Assembly: GCA_964016885.1 (NCBI GenBank)
Contig: OZ024750.1
Location: forward strand, 13,764,001 to 13,828,000
Source of the DNA: Eledone cirrhosa
Taxonomy: Eukaryota
Length of the DNA: 64,000 bases
Direction: 5' to 3'
Shown here: piece after piece, positions 24,084-37,400 of the stretch
How the letters are laid out: each line of letters begins with the position of its first letter
Numbering within the stretch: the stretch's first letter is position 1
The notes under the pieces: model-generated
The model's input: the letters and a program-made list of their open reading frames with translations, nothing else
The model's database searches: none
Told to the model about the DNA's origin: nothing
Position numbers and translations under genes: made by a program

Positions 24084-27000
24084 GATAGACAGAATAGACA
24101 GAATGAGAGTGAAAGAGAGAGGGTGAGGGAGTGAGAAAGAATAAAAGAGAAAGAGAGTAAGAGTGGGAATGGGTGCGGGGTCTTATAAAAAAAATGGCCT
24201 GTGTTGCGGGGAAGGGGAATGTTATGTTTAGTGGAGCTATAGTTTGAACGCGTACCTGGGGCAGTTTTCTTGGTTGCCACTGGTCTGGGGCGGCCGTGCA
24301 AGGAAGTGCTGACTGATGGGAGGGCTGATTTAGGAGACATGGGTGAGGAGTGGTCAGTTGGGGGAACAGCAGACAAGTCATTAAGCGATGTGGGTTCAAC
24401 GCTGTACGACATTCGTGATGGTTGTTTGGACGATGGACTGGTTGTCAGCGAAGATGCATCGTGCTGGTCACCACAGACAACTGGTGCAATGTTACAACCA
24501 GTAGCCAGATCTGAAAATCCAAACAAGTAGAGGACTTGGTAGCAAAATTCATTAAGTAAAGGGTTTTTAGCATCTTTTAACAAATTTACTGTAAGTATAA
24601 CTTAAAGTATAAATAAGTAGGTTATTTCATCACTTCATGAATCTCAAAAACTATTCAATATAGACAAGAGCTATCTATATCAAAACTATTATTTATGTTA
24701 GTCAGTTTTCTTCTTAGATAAATATATTTAATATTTAATTTCATAACCATATAAAACTATAGAATTAAAATTTAAAGAGAAGTCCGATAAAATGAAGAGT
24801 TATATTTTATATAGATTAAAATAGTTCTTAACTAACACTTATTTTTCAAGGAATACATTTTCCTCTTTTTAGAACGAAAGAATTTCTTTTAGCAAAAGAT
24901 ATTTTAAGATTTTTTCTTTTCTTTTCAAGTTTATGAAATAAATAAATTACATTTTTCTTTTTTTTTAATACCTTTGTTATGTAAAATTCACACTAAATAT
25001 ATTTATATTAATATCAATGCAAACACAGTTATATATCTAAATAAGATTCAAACTATATTATTTTAACCAAACTCATATGTAGTAAACATTTTATAATTTT
25101 AATGATTAGTACACACAGACACACACGTCTACATATAAACTATATCACAGTAGCATGCTTGCGGTGGTTTATTTAATGTTAACCTTCTACAAATGCCGCT
25201 TCTATCCGCTTGACCATAAACTGAAAGTAGCACCTACTTTCAGGTTGTTTGTGAGAAACTAACAATCTATTTTACCTTGCTTTCGACAAAGATAATTTCC
25301 ATTTAAGGTGGGCTGCAGGGCATTCCTGGTATGGAGAATGCTCTCTGCCATTAGAATGACAGGAAAAGAAGAAGAAGGCTGCAATTTGCAGGATTGGGGA
25401 GGCAGCAGAAAGGGTTTCTTGTTGGCTTTAGAGCAGGAGAGAGGAGATAAGTTGAGGAGAGGAGGTGAAGATGAGCAGTAATTTGGCCAATATTGCAGAC
25501 CCACCAGTGACGGTCAAAACACCCAATGAACATAGGACACCATCTGATGACATCAACATCTTCTGACCAAGGCTATGTTCATTGAAGGTAAATGAATGAG
25601 GGATCTTTTTGGATCTGTAATTATGTGAGGGATCACCTTGAAAATGTAATTATGTGAGGGATCTTCTTAGAGATGCAATTATGTAGGGATCGTCTTGATG
25701 TAATTATGTGAGGGGTCTTCTTGGAGATGTAATTATGTGAGGGGTCTTCTTGGAGATGTACTTATGTGAGGGGTCTTCTTGGAGATGTACTTATGTGAGG
25801 GGTCTTCTTGGAGATGTAATTATGTGAGGGATTGCCTTGAAGATGTAATTATGTGAGGGGTCTTCTTGGAGATGTAATTATGTGAGGGGTCTTCTTGGAG
25901 ATGTACTTATGTGAGGGGTCTTCTTGAAGGTGTAATTATGTCAATGACATTTATAAAAATATTGCTTCTTTGTCTTACTATTTGCATAATATTTTACTTG
26001 AAAGTTATGTTGAGTTGTTGCTGGTCCTCTGTAGTTTTTGACAACGATTGCTCCAGTTAATTCAATCAAGGGAACTGCCTGCTTATAAAATTAATCTCCA
26101 AGTGACTGAGCATTCCACAGACATGTGAACCTTTAATGTAGTTCTCAGGGAGATTCAGCATGACTGATTCCTAGGATTTGGAATCTATATGTATGTATAT
26201 GATGATGTACCTTAGAATTGACTAGAGTACTACACAAGCTTGGTTTGATGCTAGTAAGGGAGTTTCTATAAAAATAAGCCTTACTCAATAACCTAGATGG
26301 GATATGGGTAGGTAGGTACATACATATGTTCGTCCACACATTCACTCTCACACACACACATACATACATACATACATACATACTTACAAATACAATCACA
26401 CTTATGCACATAACCATACACAAGTTTAATATTTTTTTTATTTACACTGAAATATTTACCTAAGCAAATGAAAACCTATTCGTTATGTTAAAATGAGATA
26501 ACAGTATGTATATTTGTGGCGTTTGTGTTAAAGTATTAACAGGAATATTTTAAATGCTAATCTTAAGCATATATTTAAGATTAATTAGTGAGAAGTTACA
26601 TGAAACTATATATTTCTAATTTATTTGTTGACTTCTTACTCCATTAGACACCTACCAATTAGTTATACTATCACATTTTTAATAATTAATAATGTCGATC
26701 TAATCATTTTAAAAGTGCCTAGAAGAGCCGAAGCAATACGACAACAACAAAACATTAAGCTGTTTTGGCAACATAAATGAAATTAACACATGCAAAAATG
26801 AAGTAGATTTGAAATATTGACTAAAATTTAACAACAGTCAGTGTTTTTCAGGCCGAAATTGTCGGCTGTTTTGATAGATATATAATACCAATGAAACTGA
26901 AAGGGCTATCAAAATTGAAGGATAATTAAGAGATTCAGAGACAATGAAATTTTTTCAATAAATTGCAAGCATTATCAAAAACAACAAACCATTTAAAATA

Positions 27001-28018
27001 AATAAATACATTTCTCTTTCAACAGATAACTTTTAAAAGTGAGTTTTATAAAAATCAACAAACAACAAAACAATGTTTTCTATTACACCATATTTAAGTC
27101 GATACCAACAATGTAGACACATTAAATAGGAAACTCTGCTTTTAGATTTCATTTCATTTCCTTTTTATTTTTAAATTAAACATTTTAATAAAAAGAAGTT
27201 TTGACCTCAATTTTTACCCAAACACATGTGAAGCAGTCTTTCATTTGTATTTGGGTTATCATGAGGTATATTACTTTGTTACATTTTTCATAAAAATATC
27301 TTTAATATACTTTTATCCTAGTTATCATTAACATCATCAATTAATATATAATACATCAATAGTATTTATTTCAGAGTGCAAAACAACTAAACTATTATCA
27401 AATAAAACACATCCATGTAAATATTATGAAGACACACCCATCTAAATATCAAATAAGACACACCCACCTAAATATTATCAAATAAGACACACCCACCTAA
27501 ATATTATCAAATAAGACATCACCATCTTACATCCATTTTTCCACGCTAGCATGGGTTAGACAAGTTGTCCTGTTGTGAGCAATGCTAGGTCAGGTGACTA
27601 CTCATACAGAACTGATTTTGGCTTAGTTTCTACAGCTGGATACCCTTGCTAATGCCAACCTCATTTAGAGTGAGTACTGGGTGCTTTTTGTCGTTGTGAC
27701 ACACCCACCTAATTATTATTTTAAGAATTTCAATTAAATTGTAAAGCAAAAATAATTTCAGCTAAATAGAATCAAAAGAGTAAGTTAAAGTGTTTCATTC
27801 TGAAAACATCTAAATTTTACAATATGTAATCCACAGAAGATAAAAATAAAGACACTTATAAATAATGAACAGAGATATTGAATAGGTGACAGTGTTGACT
27901 AGACTTTACAATAAAGTGACCAAATGGACAGCTACATGTGTTGAAACCACAGGAAACAATTTACAGTTAGTGCCACGGTTAATCGACAGGCAACGGATTG
28001 AGTGTTGAAAGTAACAAA

Positions 28019-28085
<67 letters not shown>

Positions 28086-28433
28086 TATATATAACAGTTT
28101 TAGAAACACTAAGGTGTGTTTGTGTCAGTGCCACATCTGATAAGATAAAGGTGGTCATTTGTAGAATTGGATTCAGTGAATCTGAAATACCTGTTAAGTG
28201 TTGGATTCCCGGGAATGACTTTGAAGCTGTGTACATCCCAAAAGTAGCCCAATACCGCTTTAGATAAGGATTTAAATGATAAACACCTGTATTGATCAAA
28301 CCAAGTAAATTTATACAAAATGGCTAAGAAATGTGGTCAACTTTGATAACATCTAGGTAAGAAATAAACAGTAGAGACAGAGACAGGGAAACTAAACAGC
28401 AACTACAAGAAAAACATTACTCTTCTTTCTTTT

Positions 28434-28472
<39 letters not shown>

Positions 28473-31400
28473 AAAAAGTTATAATTGTATATACACAGAA
28501 TAGAAGTAACCGAGACTGCATAAATGTGTATATAAGGGATATAAGTTGACACATTTTTAGTATATAGACACATAAACATCCCTGTAAATTGAAAAAAAAT
28601 TGTTCATCACTTTTTACAGGGAAGTGCATATATTTGTCATATTTACATATCTATATACTAAAAATATGTAAACTTATAAACATATTTATGTAGTCTTGGT
28701 TACTTCTATTATGTATATAAACAGATATAACTTTATTATATACTTTGGCTGCAGAACGCATGCCTTTATATAGACATAGAAGGACAATAACATTGAACAA
28801 AATCCTTTATGAGACACAAACTAAACAACAGCAACATAATATCTATAAATTCTACAATTTTCAACTAATACTATATGAGACATAAGTATTTACCAAAGTA
28901 AAGGTTAAAAAAACACACCTTTTGCTATGTTTTAGAATACAATATTCCATAAAAAGGCATGTGAATGTTAGCACTTTTTCAAACATGCTTTAGAAATGAT
29001 TGCTTTCTTAATATGAAAAAAATAAAAACATTTCCTTCTATACAAAAACAAATTTATTTGGATATTAGATTGTTATTGTATTTCAAACCTATTAAACAAC
29101 CAAAACTACACAAAAACCTATTTCATGAGTTAATTAAGACACAAAAGAATGAAAAGCACAGTATTAAATTTGTATAATTTGAAAATATAATTTAGCTTTT
29201 TTAATATTTTAAGTAATTCACTAAAACTTTTCTTTGGAGTGGAATCTAACCTATTAAATAAAGAAACAAATTTGATTTAATAGACTAAGAAACTTTCTTG
29301 TAATCCCAAATATAACAAAAGCAATTTATCAAACATATTTACAGAAGAAATAAGAAATACTTATGTCTCACAGTTAAATATGAGATGTAGAAGCCAATAA
29401 GAATGAAAATATTACAAAGCAAAAAGGTTTAGGTTGTACAAATGGAGTGAATTATAATTGTAATTATTTACGTAAAAATATTTACGAAAAAGAAAAAAAT
29501 GTAAATATTTCTCTTCAAAGCAAATTATTCATATATGATTAAAAATCAAACAAATAGGAAATAAAACCACACATTGACTAAATCAAAAGAGGGACATTAA
29601 GACATTAAGAGCTAACCATCTAAGACTCGTGGTTTGGCAGAATAGCAGGTGTTTATGTGTCAGCATGCACACGCAGATACTAAAAGGTATAAAAAGAAAG
29701 ATGGAAGAAGACATTATCAATCACTTAACAAGCAAAAGAGAACAAAAATATGGAACTGGCAATATAAATTGGTTGTGCTAAAGTTAAAGGATGTTTTTAT
29801 TATTTAATAATTATTTATTTTTATTCTTTGACTGGTTTCTGTCAGTGGACTGAGGAACTGCCCTTAAGGGATTTAGTTTGCAATACTTATTTTATCAATC
29901 TCCCTTTGTCAAATCACTACGTTACAGGACGCATACAGACAGTTTCCCTCTTCCAAATTTTACTCACAAGCCATAGGCCAACCTGAATCTACAGTATAGG
30001 ATATGTGCCAAAGAGAGGGACTGAACCTAAAACCACATAAGTGCAATACCAGTTCCTCCTACCTACATACCTGAATGAGGTATGTAGGTAGAAGTAGGGA
30101 GCACATCCCAAAATATTTTATGAAGATCAATATGTTCAAAAAATACAGCAGGCTTAGAGTAATAAAGTGATATGAGGTCTGTGCAATAGGAGGAAATTCT
30201 TAAGTTCAAGAAACATTTAAAAGGCACAGGCCTATGGTTAGCAAGTTTGTTTCATAACAATGTGGTTCTTGTTTCGATACCCTGGGCAATTATCTTCTAC
30301 TACAGCTTTGATTTGATCAATCATCATCATCATTTTACGTCCGCTTTTCCTTGCTTGCAAGGGTGGGACGGGAACTGATTCTGGCTTGAATTCTACAGCT
30401 GGATGCCCTTCCTAACACCAACCTCATTTACAGTGAGTGCTGGGTGCTTTTTTTGCCGTGGCACCTCCACGACCACTTTGCAGTGGAATGATAGGGACCT
30501 CAGTCCCTATCATCTCATTTCTACAGCTGAGTAAACTGGAGCAATGTGAAATAAAGTGTCTTGCTCAAGGAAACAACACATCACTCGGTCTGAGAATTGA
30601 ACTCACAACCTTTCGATTGCAAGGCCAATGCTCTAACCACTAAGCCATGTGCCTCCAATACGTTGAGAATAACAATTGTGTAGAAGCACATCCTGATCAA
30701 TGAGGAGTTGTGAAACTCAGTACTATAATAAGTATGATCTACTTTGATACTCACTACATTTTCCTCCTTGTTTGTAAATTCAAACACAAATATACATTTC
30801 TCTGTCATTGTGTCCCTTTACACCATATAACTTAGTAGTTTGATATAATAAGTACCAGACTGAAATTTATATGGTCAACTAAATCTTCTGTTATGATCAC
30901 ATTCTAAAGACTGAAACCAGTAAAATAATAAGTCAAAACTAGTCTGGAAGAATACTGTAATGAGAAACTGTAATACACTATGTAGGTAGTAAAATATCAT
31001 CACCAACGTTTTTACGTCCATTTTTCCACACTTGCATAAGTTGGACGAGTCCTTTTCAGCACAGCATCTTTCCACTCACCATGTTCCTTCGTCATCTCCT
31101 CTGTGAGTCTCAGTGATTTGGGATCAGTTCTTGCCACTTCTGTTTAGGTTTAATTGATTTTATTTATGTTTATGTAAAAGGTGTGAAGGCAGCACATGGC
31201 TTAATGATTAGAGTATTCATCCTTTCGAGTTCAATCAAAGAAAAATATCAGTCCAGTCCTGAGGTCAATTCTTCCTCTATATTTCTCTCTTACCTAGTCT
31301 CTCCTTCTTTGGAAGAAGTCGGCTGTGTTCAAACCTAAAGAGTTTGTTTAAAAGCCCAAGAAATGCTGTATGACACTACGACACCTCCCAAAAAAGTACC

Positions 31401-34400
31401 AAGATTGGAGATATATAATCTTTGAGTATATGGAGATTACGAAAAGACTCAACAACAGAACCTCCTAGCTGCTTCACAGTTTCCCATTTTTTCTCTATCT
31501 TTTTTTTTCATGTTTATTTAAATTTATTTTATTTTATCTTTTAATTCTATTTTTATAATTTATCTCTGTATATTTTGTTTTTGTGTCTCAACTGTAAGAA
31601 GTACTAGATACTTCCCCTAGTCTGGCATGGCTTACTAGCTCTATATGGAGATTTAAACTGATTAAATAAATAAATAATCTCTGTATATTTTGTTTTTGTG
31701 TCTCAACTGTAAGAAGTACTAGATACTTCCCCTAGTCTGTCATAGCTTACTAGCTCTATATGGAGATTTAAACTGATTAAATAAATAAATAAATTCTACA
31801 ACTGGATGCCTTTCCTAATGTCAATAAAATAATTGTTTCTACTTTTGGCACAAGGCCAGCAATTACCCAGTACATTACTGGTACTTTATTTTATCGACCC
31901 CGTAAGGATGAAAGGCAAAGTTGACCTCGGCGGGATTTGAACTCAGAATGGAAAGAGCCGTAATTCTATGCGTCAAAGCATGACGTCCGACCCTCTACCG
32001 ATACTGCCAATCCACAATAAAATAATATAAGCTTAAACCGTGCTGGGTAAGTAAATTTTAATACCAAAAGTAAATATCTAAAGATAGTTAAGTGATTGAC
32101 AAATAAATTCTGACATCTTTCTTTTCACTGGAGATACATGCAGATAGATTTATATTTTTTTTTTTTAAAATAAGAAGAATGAAGAGGAATAATAATAATA
32201 ATGAATGGTTTGATATATGGTATTAAATTATATAACACATACACACACTATCAATAACGCAGAAGAGACATGATATTAAAAAAGTAGTTAATATATACAT
32301 ATGTATATAATATATACTACATATAGTCCATATATATATATATATATATATACATACATATGCTAACTAACCTGTTGCTGTGCCTGCAGCTGTCCAGTTG
32401 CTTCTATCAGTAATTTCTGGGGGAATGGGGTGGCCATCAGGAGACATTCGAAGTGCAACCGGATGGATTATCTTGGAATCCTAGAAGAAAAAAAAAAAAT
32501 GGGATGAAATATAAAAGAAAAGAAGTATCATTTCTTATAAATCGATGTCAAATATATATTTTATTAATATAAGTAAATAAGACTGTTATTGCTCCAATCT
32601 GTCCACAAAACATTGAGCAAACACCCTAAACTAACTCCTGCCAAACCTCAAAAAAAGGATGAAAGGCCAAGTTAACCATGGCAAATTTTGAACTTAGAGC
32701 ATAGAGGGCCAGAATGAATACTGCAAAGTATTGTAGCTGACATTCTAACGAGTCTGCCAATTCACTGCCTCTAATTAAAAATATAAGCATTTAAAAACCA
32801 CTAAAGTATTGTGTTGGGATGTGAAAGGAACAAGTTTCAAATCCTGTGCATACATTATATTTAACCCTTTAGTATTTACATTACTCTATATATACTATTG
32901 TATTTTTGTGGTAAAAAGCATTATCTCACATAATATCAAATCTATGAGATTTGGATATTATTTATTTTGAGAATAACACCTTAACATCAGTATGAGTGGC
33001 CAGTTACAGCCAGTTTAAATGCTAATGGGTTAATACTCACAGGGTCAGTAGCTACTGGCTTAGAGAATTCAAAATTGACTGGCTTAGGTGCTGGAGACGA
33101 CAAACCACTGGATGTAGGGGATTCAACAGGAAAAGTTGTTCGTGTCCACTGCAATGACAAGAGAACAATCAGGACTTTTCAGGGATCAAAGAAGAGGGAT
33201 ACAATATATATTTTCAGAATCAAATTCATTTTTTAAAAATAACAAAAAAAAAAAAAAAAAAAAAACATTTGTACATCATACATATTGATCTCCTCTTCCC
33301 TCTCATCATATACAGAGCTTTTCTAAACTTAGATTTAACAGAAAGGTCTTTTAACTTTCATACTCTCCTTCTCTAGATTGTCCTGTGTTTATAATTCTGT
33401 TTGATCCTTATTCTGATGTCATTAATAACTAATTTGTGTTGGTTGGTGCATTCTTCACCAGGAAGAGACTTTGTATTCACAATCTATCCCCGTTTTCTAA
33501 CAAGCAATCTAGCTTGCATGCTTGCCTCATTAGTTGGTAATCAAGTAGCTGTATAATTTCCTGAAGTCAGTGCTATAAATGCTCCGCTCAAAAGGTAGAC
33601 AGTGATGTTTATTTTCCGTCTAAACATCTACTATGTGATGTCGTCATATGTACACCATTTAAGAAGTAGACAGTGATGTTTATTTTCATTCTAAGCATTT
33701 ACTGTGTGGTGGTGAATTGGCAAATTGTTAGAACTCTGGAGAGAATGCTTTGCGGTATTCGTTCCAGCTCTCTACACTCTGAATTTAAATCTCAAGAAGG
33801 TCAACTTTGCTTTTCATCATTTACCTAACAGCAACAAGCATCAATCACTGACTGAAGGCTCCCTCAGCTGCCATATCTGTCTTCTTCAATTTCACCTAGC
33901 TCTATTTCTAAAGTCACTGATCACTAAGTTATGTTAGGTTGTACACTCCTCCACAGGGAGAGCCTTTGTGTTTACAACCATCAATCTGTCTTGGCTTCAG
34001 GTGAGGATACAATAAACCTAGCGTGTTCACCTGACTTATAAATGATCACTTATCCTAATTGATCAAAGAGAAACTGCTGATGGTGGTAAGGGGACTAAAG
34101 TGTTCATACTAGTGCCATGACAAAAAGCACCCAGTCCACCTTGTAAGGTGGTCGTGATAGTACCATGACAAAAAACACCCAGTCAACCCTATAAGGTGGT
34201 AGTGCTAGTGTCACAAAAAAATCTCCCAGTACATGCAATAATGAGACAGATGTTAAGAAGTGAATCCAGCTGTAGAAATTCAAGCCAAAATCAGATTGTA
34301 TGAGTAAGAAGTGGTCACCTAAGCTTTCTGGCTTCATATCATGACAACCTGCCTAAACCACCGATCAAACAGTGATGATGATGATGAAACAAACATATAA

Positions 34401-37400
34401 ATGGAATTCTATTAACATCTTACACATAATGCTGAGAAATATATATTATTGATGAGTAATTTATGGAAAAATTTACCTGATTACTAGGAGGTGTTGTGGG
34501 AGATAATCTTTTCAAAGTACTTCCAGGGGGTAGATCAGCAGCAAATGGTTCATCTAATAAAAATAGAAACAAACAATTGTTTGATGAATAAAATGGCAAA
34601 TTTAACTCTTGATACTACACTACTTGAAAACATCTGTGATTCTAGGTTCTACACTACAAAAATATCTAATTAAAGTATATTTATCTAAAAACCTTCTTTC
34701 ATAATTTTACCTAAGAACAATTAAGTTATGTCCCAAGTATAATAATGAGAAAGCTAGTTATATTACTAAATCCCTCAAAATTTTGAATATTTTCAAACTT
34801 ATTTGAAAATCAGAGGCAGTGTCTTTTATTGGGAATATGGTAATGAAAAGGTTAACAGACATTATGGAAGAAGTTGAGGAAATGTTTTAGAAAATATTAC
34901 AACCAATCACTTTATAAGTTTGGCAGTGTGGTTAAAAAGTTTATTTTGCTACTGTGGTTTCATGTTTTGATCCACAACTTGAGCAGTGCCTTCAACCATA
35001 GACTTGGGTTGACCAAATATGTGGAACCCCATCGAAGGAAAGACTACTCTTGTTCTTGAGTGATAGATTTAATCCTGTATAAAATTTAAGACCACTACAT
35101 CACCACATGGTCCTTGTATACTTTAGCAGAGTCACCTCTCTTGCAAGCATTCTGCTTGGCTCTTTGGGCTGAGGATAACTTCCTCCTTTCCACTCAGCAA
35201 TACTGTAACCTCTAAGGGGGAAGCCATAAGTTTAAAGAGTGAGAGAGAAAATGTGAGAAAGAAATACAGAGGAAGAATCAACCAATAGGTTAAACTTGTA
35301 GTGCAAGTAACAGCCACGTTTTGATATAAAATAAATTACCACACTCTAACACTCTGATTGCAACTTGTACAACAAATACTAACATATGTTTTACTATTTT
35401 CAAAGTGAGATTAACTGTAGAATATTTTCAATAATAATAGCAATATATAAAAATTCTACTCACTTTTACCGTTGGTCAGTGTGGAATAGGGCATCAATGA
35501 TACAGGTAAGTGATCAGGTAATTCAATCTCATAGCGGCGTAAAACTACTAGGTGCATAGCAATGCAGAATTCGTCTAATGATAGTGCACCATCTCGATTT
35601 AAATCAGAAAGTTGCCTGCATAAATATAAATATTTTGGTTAGCATTATACAAGCATTTGAAAAAGTCTTGAAAAATTAAAATCAACAACACAAAACAATG
35701 GATATTTCAAGACTATTTTTTCTCTTTAGCATTTCCAGAGAAATTTTGATGGTGGTGATGATGGGGGTGATGGTGGTGGTGATGATGATGATGATGATGA
35801 TGATGATGGTGAAGATGTGGTGATGGTGATAATGATGGTGAAGAAAGTGATGATAGCAGTGAAGATGATGTGAGGAGGAGGCAGCAGTGGTTTTTGATTT
35901 AGGTACAAGGCCAACAGTTGGATGCCCTTCCTGACACCAACCCTTTTAGTCACTTATTACAACATGCAGGAATAAAATAATTCATAGTTTTAGGAAATCC
36001 TTCAAAATTCTTCATGAATTCATTGAAATAGAGTGTATTTCATTAGAAAAACAGTTACAAAATGGTTAAAGTAAGTAGGATAGTGTAGGATTCCTACCAA
36101 GTAAAACTAAAACTTACCAAATTTTTGACAGTTCGTGAACAGGCAACTTTGATTTTTCAAAAAATTCTTTAGCAATTCTTCCTAGAAGTCAAAAAGAAAA
36201 ATAAGCAGTGTATAACATAAAGCTTAGAAAAAATGTAATTAAATTTTCAGCTTACAGAACTGGTGTTTGTGGTAGCAGTGATGGTGGTTAAAATACTTTA
36301 AGTAATTTACATTTGAATTTGGAAAAATTTTATCTGGACTTCTCTTACCTAGTATTACTCCATTTTCTTCGGGTTGCATTGTTTTGAATTGTTTCAGATA
36401 ATATTCTCTCTGTTCTTTAGATATAGTCCACACATCATCAATACTTTCATTTTCAGAACTAATTGATGAGGAATCAACACCCTGACTTTCCATATTTTCC
36501 CAAGACATTTTGTTGGCTGCTCCAGTATCTAATAGACCTGAAATAAAATGAAATAAATAATGAAAATTACATTACAGCTCACATCTATGCAGGTGTTTTA
36601 ATAATAGTATCCCCAGTCCTATCATGAAAAGCAACTAGAAATGAAATGTCATGCTCAAGAACATATGCCATCCAATTCCACAACTGAACCCACATAATCA
36701 CAATTCCAACATATTTAACAGTTACAAGTGTTTAACAGTTATATCTTTAACAGTTACAAGGTGTCACGACAAAAAGCGCCCACCCCACACTGTAAAGTGA
36801 TCATTTTGGTGCCATGATAAAAAGTACCGTCCACACTGTAAATGTGGTTGAGGTTAGGATGGACATCCAGCTATAGAAACCAAACTTGAATCAGTTCTGT
36901 ATGAGCAAGAAACAGCCACCTAATCTGGCTTGTTTCACAATGGAACAACTCATCTAACCCATGCTAGCGTGGACAAATGGTCATTAGATGATGATGATAA
37001 TGATGAAGCAAAATAAAGGATTTTCTAAGATTGCTTTTGCTTTTTATATTTCTTATATCAAAATATTATTTTTTAAAAATTGAACAGTAAATTCTTTTTA
37101 ATGCTATTTCATTAAAAATATTGTAATGAAAAGGTTAAACAAATTTAACCCTTTAGCATTTAAACCACGTCCGGCCAGAATTCTCTCACCTCTTTCTGCT
37201 CAAACCGGTCATAACCAGTTGCTCTCAAAATAAATAATATCGAAATCTTGTAGATTCGATACTATGAGAGATATTATGTGAGGTAAAGTGTTTACTGTGA
37301 AAATAGAATAGTAAATATAGAGTAATGTAAATGATAAAGGGTTAAAGAAAGTTGATAAATTAATGATAGTATTAGAAAAAGCTGACATCATACCTTTACT

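Noticed and set aside
25259-25504. Minus-strand ORF with a G|gtaaaa donor as an extra REPS1 exon
   Set aside because: Better explained as the antisense strand of a HERO-like LINE remnant; there is an in-frame stop upstream and only a weak AAG acceptor
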